In this document: piece by piece, positions 11,671-20,045 of the stretch | Position numbering within the stretch: the first letter of the stretch is position 1 | Layout: each line of letters begins with the position of its first letter | Origin: Paraspadella gotoi | Lineage: Eukaryota; Animalia; Chaetognatha | Direction of reading: 5' to 3' | NCBI GenBank assembly: GCA_051294375.1 | Contig: JBJCIZ010000653.1 | Coordinates: 1 to 20,045 of the forward strand | Length of the DNA stretch: 20,045 nucleotides | The notes under the pieces: model-generated | What the model saw: the letters and a program-made list of their open reading frames with translations, nothing else | Told to the model about the DNA's origin: nothing | Databases searched by the model: none | Made by a program: the position numbers and the translations under genes

Positions 11671-11822
11671 TTTGAACACAACAGCAACAACACTTTCAGG
11701 CGACGGGCCTCAATTGGGGATGCAATTTCCGCCAACAACATATCAGGTCACATGCCTCAACTTGGTGACGCACTTTCCACCAACAACAATTCACTGAAGA
11801 GACGCAACAGACTTCTCCCTAC

Positions 11823-11834
11823 GGGAGGGGGGGA
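11823..11834 (+). other. Polypurine tract GGGAGGGGGGGA
   Basis: Pure purine run directly abutting the TG of the 3' LTR. Confidence 0.8.
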
Positions 11835-11869
11835 TGTATGGTGGACTAAAATGCACCAACCGTTCATCA

Positions 11870-11942
11870 GCGGCCATTGGTGCCGTAGGCAAGTCATTCG
11901 CCTCCCAACCCAAAGGTCCGGGGTTCTAGCCCGGTGGCCGCC
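11870..11942 (+). pseudogene. tRNA-Gly(CCC)-like sequence inside the 3' LTR
   Basis: Perfect 7-bp acceptor stem GCGGCCA/TGGCCGC and T-arm-like CCGGG-GTTCTAG-CCCGG, tRNA-like length. Confidence 0.7.
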
Positions 11943-11943
11943 T

Positions 11944-12019
11944 AGCAGTTAAGAGGGACGGGGCGCTTAACCCGCCTGTAACATGGTGTTACAGCCTGAT
12001 CCGAAGCTCAGGGACTGCT
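11944..12019 (+). ncRNA. Candidate P5-type twister ribozyme-like motif, copy 2
   Basis: As copy 1 but with GA-CGG intact and P4 CCTGA/TCAGG fully Watson-Crick. P2 (CCC vs GAGG) is imperfect and P1 is minimal. Confidence 0.5.
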
Positions 12020-12334
12020 TATATTGAACGGTTCTGTCATTAACACATAATAATTATCACTGTCTCTTCACCTTCATCAACCAGTTTTAATAGTTTTAAT
12101 AAATATTTGGATACTAACTTTGAGAGATAAAGAGAGAGGCAATTTTAACCTTGATAACTCTCACTCTCTCCGAATTATTAAATGACCATTGTAATCATAA
12201 ATAAAAACTCTGTTACTTTATAAATACTATTATTATTATATGTTTTATAAATTTAATAATATTTAAATATTATTTTTTGAAATGTTGAATTATTGTATAC
12301 TTAAGCCGAAACTTAATTTTAAATTTAACTCAAA

Positions 12335-12445
12335 TTTACCCTTAACTTACCCCTAACCCAAACTTACCCTTAACCTAAACTTACCTCTACCCCTAACTTA
12401 CCCTTACCCCTAACTTACCCCTAACCCTAACTTACCCCTAACCTA
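12335..12445 (+). repeat. Degenerate telomere-like (CCCTAA / CTTACC) tandem tract
   Basis: ttacccttaacttacccctaaccc...ctaacttacccctaaccctaacttacccctaaccta. Confidence 0.75.
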
Positions 12446-12829
12446 TTTTTAACCTTAATTTTTTTTCTAGTCAACTTACACTTATTCTTAATTTATTCTT
12501 AACCATAATTTATTGTAACCTTAATTTTTACCCAAATATATATTGGTTGTACCAATTTCGTATAACAAAAATAAAAAATATGAAAAAAAAATCTTAAAAG
12601 CATAAGGATCGAGCCAGCTTTCGATGGTAACAAAATATTGATGCGATGATAATCATTCATTGATACGATGATAGCCATTCATTGACGCGATGAATCATTC
12701 ATCGTAATTTTTTTTTATCAATAGCAGAAAAGGCAACGCCTAACAAAAAAAATATATATATAATTTTAAAAAAATGTCACAACCGTTTACAATTTTTTTT
12801 TATTTAAAAAATTATAAAAACAGGGGATT

Positions 12830-13110
12830 CATAATGACATAAAGTGACGTAAAAGACAATGACCAAAACATGACCAAAAATGACATAACGATATAAAATG
12901 ACATGATGACACAATGACATATAAAAAAACAAATTTGACTTAAATTGATCCGGATATAATGATGTAATGACGTAATAGCTAAAAGACCAACCATGACTAA
13001 CCATGACCAACCATGACTAAAATGACTAAATGTGACTAAAAGTGATCTGAATAACGATGTAATGACATAAAGACTAAAATACCAACCATGACTAAAATAA
13101 CATAAAATGA
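12830..13110 (+). repeat. Degenerate ~10-bp ATGAC(T/C/A)-based minisatellite
   Basis: ccatgactaa / aatgactaaa / aatgacataa units. The block gatgtaatgac...aaagac...accaaccatgactaa occurs twice. Confidence 0.7.
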
Positions 13111-13423
13111 TGTATTTACTTAATAACACAATTGTTAATGCCTTTTTTGTTTGCTAATTAAAACTTTTTCCAAAAAAAACGAAAGACAAAAAAAGGTAAA
13201 ATTGTTTACAATTAGAAATTGTTACAATTTTTTTATTTGGAAGTTGTAAAAGTGTATATTTTTATTTTTAATAATAATCATCATCATCATCAATCAAGTA
13301 CTTTTAAAATCACATGTTTCATATTGATTCAAGTATTTTTTGTTTGAATTTCTATTTTATTATGATTTACTGCAATATGCAAATTAAAATATAGTTTACT
13401 ATATACTAATTTAAATATTGCAG

Positions 13424-13607
13424 TAAGTACTATAATCTAATTTGCATATTGCAGTAAATTATAATGAAGTGGAAATTCTAACAAAAAATACTTTAATCGA
13501 TATGAAACAAAGAAAATGGACACACATTTCAACTTCCTCACTGCCTCACTAATTGAACTTGATAACTAGATACATTGTTTGGTAGTTATACCATAAACCG
13601 GCAAAAA
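13424..13607 (-). repeat. Right arm of the inverted repeat pair (partner 11092-11263); also pairs locally with 13314-13393
   Basis: Reverse-complement match read by eye. Confidence 0.8.
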
Positions 13608-15554
13608 TAGGCAGTAAAAAAATGATCGGCATATAGCATACAATCCGGCATATTCAAATTGTGAAAAAATATTTAAGTTTTTTCGATCAACAACGTTGGA
13701 TAGAGTATGAAAAAGACTTCCTCTGGCAATGTAAATCTGTATTAAATATGCTATTTGTTTATTATATTATTTATTTCTTTGATAACAATCATGTTAATTC
13801 CTGTTACAGAGAGAGAAATAGAGAGTGTACAAATCAAACAAGAGAGAGTGAGAGAGAGAGAGAAGCTGCCCCGCAACGTCAACGAAATCTAGGCCAAGTA
13901 AGTTATTGTATTTTGGGATTTTGTATTGAGAAAAAAGCGCGGAATAAATGGCGATAATAAAAGTTTTTAGAATAAAAACAAGTTTGAGCAAACAATGTTG
14001 GATCTGCCCACGATCATTATCGGTAATTAATTAATTAATAATTAATTAATAATTAATTCAAGTTTATTAATTAGTCGTCGTCGTCGTCGTCGTCATGCTT
14101 TTTTTATATAAAAACTACTACGCTTTTATAGATTTGGCTGGGAATTACAGTTTTTTAAAATAAAAATAACTATGCATTACGATGAATTTTTATAAAAGTG
14201 TGCGATCATAGTAAGTTAAAAATTTAGATATGGCTTCTCATTTTGAAATAGCTTTGAAATTTTAATATTACATTTGGATTCAAATATTTTTTGTTTGAAT
14301 TTTGATTAGAACTTTTGATTTTGATTTGAACTTCATTATGATTTACTGCAATATACAAATGAGATTATAGTACTCATTATAATATCAAAATTAGTATATA
14401 GAAATACTTTATTCTACTTTACATATTGCAGTAAATAATATTGAAGATGAAATTCATAAAAAATCTTTGAATAAATAAAAAACATGTGAAATCAAAAGAC
14501 CTTTTTAATGAGAAGCTATATCTTAATTTTAATACAAATAAAAATAAAATCTTTTACAATTTCCAATTGTAAACAATTGTAACATTTTTTTCCTTTCTTT
14601 TATTTCTTTAAATTATATATATATTTTTTTCTCTTTTTAAAAAAAACGAGTTCGCGCTTTTTTCTCAATACAAAATCCAAAATTTTAATCTGAGATTTTC
14701 GTGGATTTTTTAAAGAAAATGTGAAGAATAACTTACTTGACCTGGATTTCGTGTTCGTTTCGAGGCAACGAGTAAACAATGTCGAGGAACATGAGCCATA
14801 ATAACGCGTTTTGATGGCAATGGAAACGTTACGTGTATAAAAACAAGTTTGAGCAAACAATGTCGGATCTGCCTACGATAATTAATTAATTAATTAATTA
14901 ATTAATTAATCGATTAATTAATTAATTAATTTTAAAATGTAATAATTAATTTTAAATTTATATTCAAATATCATCATCGATGTCCTTAAAATAGGTTTGG
15001 ACAGTTATTAAATATGTTTTTTTTTTACATTTTATCAAAACAAACAAATATCCTCTATTTTATTTTTGTGCTCCTTCTCTCTCTCTCTCTCTCACTCTCT
15101 CTCTCTTTTTATGCAATTGCGACGATCTTTATGCTTTAAGATTTTTTAACTTGCATCATTTTTTACCATTAATTAATTAAATTAAAACATTTATTAGTAA
15201 TCATTATTATTAGATCAAGTAATGTGACTTATGTTTTTTTCCATCTAAACTCATTTTCACTGGCACAATTCCGTCAAAACTTTATATAATTATTATATAT
15301 TAATAAATATTTAAAAGCTTCAGTGCAACAACCCAATGAACTAATTCAAAAAAGTTACATTGAAAATCGATTTAGTAGTAAAAAGAAAAAAAAAAAGTGT
15401 TCAATTTTAGCCCGCCTTACTAGATATATTGCATGTGATTAAACAATGTTATTGAAATAATAATTTTATTCATTTTATGTATTTTTGTAAAAGTATTTTA
15501 AGTATTTTTATTCAGTGAGTAAAATAACAACTTTTTTATTCGCTAATTTTTATC

Positions 15555-15618
15555 TTCGACTCTCTCTCTTTTCCTCTCTCTCTTTGCAATTGCAACAGAT
15601 CCTTATGCTCATTTTTCT

Positions 15619-15656
<38 letters not shown>

Positions 15657-15775
15657 CTCTTCCTCTCTCTTCTCTCTCTCTTTGCTTTAATTGCGATGAT
15701 CCTTAATGCTCATTTTTCTGGTCTCTCCTCTCTCTCTTCTCTCCTCTCTCTATACTCTCTCTCTCTCTTCTTTGC
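15555..15775. repeat. (CT)n-rich microsatellite cluster with spacer gatcctta(a)tgctcatttttctg
   Basis: Direct reading. Confidence 0.85.
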
Positions 15776-16689
15776 AATCTGCGACGATCTATATTGCTTT
15801 TAGGATTGTAACTTGGCATCATTTTTTGCTTTCCATTCATTTTTCACTTAATTAATTAATTAATTAATTAAAACAATTATAGAATCATCATTAGATATTC
15901 TAATAGAAATAATAAAGATTCAAGTAAATGTGACTTATGTTTTTTCCATTTTAAACTCATTTCCACGGCACAATTCCGTCAAAACTTTATATCTAGCTTC
16001 TTCACAACACTTTCCTACCCGCTCACAAAATTTCATCTCAATCTAATTATGGGTTAAAATAAGTAAAAAGTTTCAAGTAAATGTGACTCATATTTTTTCA
16101 TTTAAACTCATTCCACTCGTACGTTTACACCGAACTTTATATCAAGATCGTTACACATTTTTCTACCCACACAAAAAATTTGAACTCAATCTATCCATCC
16201 AATTATGATTAATTAGAGTACTTATTGGTTAAAATAAGTAAAAATATTTTAGTAAATGCGACTATGTTTTTTCCACTTAAACTCATTTCCACTCACACGA
16301 TTCCGTCGAAACTTTATATCCAGCTTTTATCACACACCCCACACACAAAACTTCATTCCAATCCAACCAGCCAATAACGAGTTATTGGAGCTTTTTGCTA
16401 AGGTGGACGGATGGACGGATGATTGACTGATTAATTAATTATGATTAATTAATTGACTAATTGATTAATTAACTGATTAATTATTTGATTTATTAATACA
16501 TCCTGCATATACATTTAATATAAAAGGAAAAAGAATCATAATCAATTAGTGAAACAGGTTTTTTGTTTTTCCATTTAAACTCATTTCCACTCAAAAGATT
16601 CCATCGAAACTTGGTTTCCTGTTCAATCACACACTTTTCTACCTACATACAAAATTCCAGGTCAATCGATAATTAAATGGTAAAAAGCT

Positions 16690-17025
16690 AACTTGGTCAA
16701 CTTGCAATATTAATCAACTTGCATAATTTGGTCAACTGACATAATTTGGTCTACTGACATAATTTGGTCAACTGACATAATTTGGTCAACTGACATAATT
16801 TGCTCAATAAAATAATTTGGTCAAACCGGCATAATTTGGTCAACTAGCATAATTTTATCAAACTGGCCTAATTTGGTCAACTGGCATAATTTGGTCAACA
16901 GGCATAATTTGGTCAACTTGCAGAACTTGATCAACTTGCAGAATTTGGTCAACTGGCATAATTTGGTCAACTTTAAGAATTTGGTCAACTGGCATATTTT
17001 TGTCAATTGGAATAATTTGGTTAAT
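16690..17025 (+). repeat. 18-bp minisatellite (cataatttggtcaactgg/ga), about 18 units
   Basis: Direct reading. It produces the repetitive NLVNWH pseudo-ORF. Confidence 0.9.
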
Positions 17026-17754
17026 CAATCAATCAATCAATCAGAGAGAAATAGAGAGAGAGAAACTTTAAAAAATTCAAATAAATGTGTCTTTTGGTTT
17101 TCTTATTTGAACTCTTTTCCCACTCCACGATTCCATCAAAAAATTTATATCCAGCTTTATCACACACAAAATTCAATTTCGATTTTTAATAAACATAATA
17201 ATTATGAGTAAATTTAAGTAAAAATACTTCAAGTAAATATTTTAACTCATTTCCACTCGCACGATTCCATCGACACTTAATATCCAGTTAAATCACACAC
17301 TTTCCTACCATCATACAAAATTTCAAGTCAATTGCCCTATCCACTCTTAAGCAATTGGCGTTCAAATAGTGAAATATATTTTTTTGTTTTTTCCATTTAA
17401 ACCCATTTCCACTCGCACGATTCCCTCGAAACTTCATATCCATCTCAATCACACAGTTTCCTACCCACACACAAAATTCCATGCCAATCCATCCATCCAA
17501 TCACGAGTAATTGGAGTTTTTTGCTAAGGTGGGACGGACGGACGAACGGACGGACAGACGGACGGACGAAGATCGTTTTTTTTTTTGCATAATTAATCAT
17601 AATTCGATGTTCTGTCATGATATAAGTGTGTGCCCGACAATATTGAGGGGGCGGACCGACGGACCGACAAAGTGAATTATAGAGTCGGGATCTGCTGATA
17701 AGCAGATCGAATAAAAATCAATTTGACCGAGATCACGCCGCCGTTGCGAGGCCA

Positions 17755-17791
<37 letters not shown>

Positions 17792-17839
17792 TTTTTTTCC
17801 TTCTAAAAACTTTTATTATCGCCATTTATTCCGCGCTGA

Positions 17840-20045
17840 GATGAAAACGTTAAAAAAACCGAAAAACGACTTCTCCGTTTTCATTTCCTATGTAAAAAGA
17901 GCTAAAAACGTTAAAAACAACGAAAATGACTTTTCCAATGTCAAAAAAAAAACGTTAAAAACATCAAAAAACGTCTTTTCCATTGTAAAAAAGGATAAAA
18001 CGTTGAAAACACCAGAAAACAACTTCTTCAATGTAAAAGGAGATAAAAACTTTAGAAACAAAGAAAAACGCTTTTTCCAATGTAAAAAGAGATAAAAACG
18101 TAGAAAACACCGGAAAACGATATTTTCGAAGAAAAAAGAAATAAAAACGTTAAAAACTTCTGAAAACAAGATCATCGAGGTTGTTAAAATTGGGTGAGGA
18201 CAGTTACTTAAATACTTGTTTTTTTTACATTTTATTCAAAACAAACAAATTTCTCTTCTTGTTGACTTTTTATGTCTCCTTCTCTCTCTCTTTTCCCTCT
18301 CGTTTAATTATAGATGAGCCTTTCTCTCACCTCTTCAAAAAACTATAAGACGTTAAAAAACACCGACAGAACAACGCGACTTTTCCTTTGTAAAAAGTAC
18401 ATTGAAAACGCGAAGTACAAACAGATATACTAGAAACGATCTTTTTTTTCCCACCGATGGTAAAAGACATAAATGCATTAAACAACACCGAGACAACACG
18501 AAACTTTAACACAACTAAAAAAGACGATACAAAACTTTTAAAACAAAGACAAATACGGCTTTTTGCCACAATGTAAAAAACGACGATAAAAACGTAGAAA
18601 CACAAGCAACGACAGGCAATTTGATATTTTTCTCAATGTAAAAACAGAAATAAAGACACGTTAACAACTTTTCGGCATAGCAACTTTTTCAATACATAAA
18701 AAACGAGAATAACAAGGTTTAAAACGAATGGCGACAAACGACTTTTTCATACTGGTAAAAAGAGATAACAAACGTTACAATACACAAAAGCCGAGCACGA
18801 CGACACTTTATCCTATGTAAAGAACGAGAGAAACGTTGAAACACTAGCNNNNNNNNNNNNNNNNNNNNNNNNNNNNNNNNNNNNNNNNNNNNNNNNNNNN
18901 NNNNNNNNNNNNNNNNNNNNNNNNNNNNNNNNNNNNNNNNNNNNNNNNNNNNNNNNNNNNNNNNNNNNNNNNNNNNNNNNNNNNNNNNNNNNNNNNNNNN
19001 NNNNNNNNNNNNNNNNNNNNNNNNNNNNNNNNNNNNNNNNNNNNNNNNNNNNNNNNNNNNNNNNNNNNNNNNNNNNNNNNNNNNNNNNNNNNNNNNNNNN
19101 NNNNNNNNNNNNNNNNNNNNNNNNNNNNNNNNNNNNNNNNNNNNNNNNNNNNNNNNNNNNNNNNNNNNNNNNNNNNNNNNNNNNNNNNNNNNNNNNNNNN
19201 NNNNNNNNNNNNNNNNNNNNNNNNNNNNNNNNNNNNNNNNNNNNNNNNNNNNNNNNNNNNNNNNNNNNNNNNNNNNNNNNNNNNNNNNNNNNNNNNNNNN
19301 NNNNNNNNNNNNNNNNNNNNNNNNNNNNNNNNNNNNNNNNNNNNAAATGATTTTTCCAATGTAAAAAGAGATAAAAAACACCGAAAAATGCTTTTTCCAA
19401 TGTAGAAAGAGATAAAAACGTTAAATACACCGGCAGAGGACATTTCCTATGTAAAAAGAGATAAAAACGTTAAAAACACCAGCAAACGACTTTTCCAAAA
19501 AGATAAAAACTTTAAAAACAAAGAAAAACGCTTTTTCCAATGTAAAAAGAGATAAAAACGTTAAAAACACCGAAAAAGAGCTTTTCCAATGTAAAAAGAG
19601 TTAAAAACGTTAAAAACTTTGGCAAACGACTTTTCCAATAAAAAAAGAAATAAAACCGTTGAAAAACTCGTCAAACGACTATTCCTATGTAAAAAAAGCT
19701 AAAAACGTTAAAAACATCAAAAAACGACTTTTCTTTTGTAAAAAGAGATTTAAACGTTAAAAACACCGAAAAACGACTTCTCCGTTTTCTTTTCCTATGT
19801 AAATAGAGCTAAAAACGTTAAAAACACCGGAAAACGACATTTCCAATGTCAAAAGAGATAAAAACGTTAAAAACATCAAAAAATGTCTTTTCCATTGTAA
19901 AAAAGGATAAAAACGTTGAAAACACCAGAAAACAACTTCTTCAATGTAAAAGGAGATAAAAACTTTAAAAACAAAGAAAAAGGCTTTTTCCAATGTAAAG
20001 AGAGTTAAAACGTAGAAAACACCGGAAAACGATATTTTCAAAGAA
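17840..20045 (+). repeat. ~49-bp satellite (ttttccaatgtaaaaagagataaaaacgttaaaaacaccgaaaaacgac), interrupted at ~18170-18330 and by the gap
   Basis: tgtaaaaagag recurs at 49-bp spacing (e.g. 19541, 19590). Units are more degenerate at 18340-18848. Confidence 0.9.
18849..19344. other. Assembly gap (496 N)
   Basis: Run of N. Confidence 0.99.

Larger units (their letters stand above)
11424..12070 (+). mobile_element. Non-autonomous miniature LTR retrotransposon (TRIM / retrozyme-like)
   Basis: Direct repeats 11424-11655 and 11835-12070 (about 10 substitutions plus a 4-nt indel by eye). 3' LTR is TGT...TCA. PBS-like TGGTGAGCC follows LTR1, a purine tract abuts LTR2, and CCTT is a possible TSD (11422-11425 / 12071-12074). 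Confidence 0.85.
11835..12070 (+). repeat. 3' LTR (236 bp, TG...CA)
   Basis: tgtatggtggactaaaa ... cactgtctcttca. Confidence 0.88.
15215..17715 (+). mobile_element. Helentron/DINE-1-like (HINE) non-autonomous rolling-circle element remnants with internal tandem subrepeats
   Basis: About eight copies of ccatttaaactcatttccactcgcacgattcc.tcgaaactt (~15240, 15945, 16098, 16273, 16570, 17105, 17240, 17392), GGAC/AGAC tetranucleotide repeats (16404, 17532-17568, 17652), and a terminal acaaagtgaattatagagtcg followed by hairpin GATCTGCT-GATA-AGCAGATC (17689-17708). Confidence 0.55.

Noticed and set aside
11656-11952. 98-aa ORF in the mini-LTR element
   Set aside because: Non-ATG start, runs through the PBS, PPT and LTR, and has no Gag/Pol motifs.
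16690-17025. CRISPR-like array
   Set aside because: Contiguous tandem units with no unique spacers, in a eukaryotic context with no cas genes.
16821-17211. Repetitive ORFs (NLVNWH / TKLCQL)
   Set aside because: Translation artefacts of an 18-bp minisatellite.
17841-20041. Lys- or Phe-rich ORFs and ORFs spanning N
   Set aside because: Derived from satellite DNA and the assembly gap.

Overview
Repeat-rich, AT-rich eukaryotic (probably invertebrate animal) genomic DNA with no intact recognisable gene. About 630-6050 is a GC/CpG-rich island holding a long minus-strand coding region of unknown identity, broken by stops and frameshifts and with at least one GT-AG intron. About 8650-9633 is a disrupted hAT-like (hATm-type) transposase fragment. 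The rest is dispersed MITE-like and Helentron/DINE-1-like repeats, mini/microsatellites, a telomere-like tract, a ~49-bp satellite and a 496-N assembly gap. The most notable feature is a 647-bp non-coding miniature LTR element (11424-12070: LTR-PBS-internal-PPT-LTR). Each of its LTRs carries a tRNA-Gly-like cloverleaf remnant immediately followed by a fold resembling a P5-type twister ribozyme, making it a candidate tRNA-headed twister 'retrozyme'. All calls were made by eye, without database searches.
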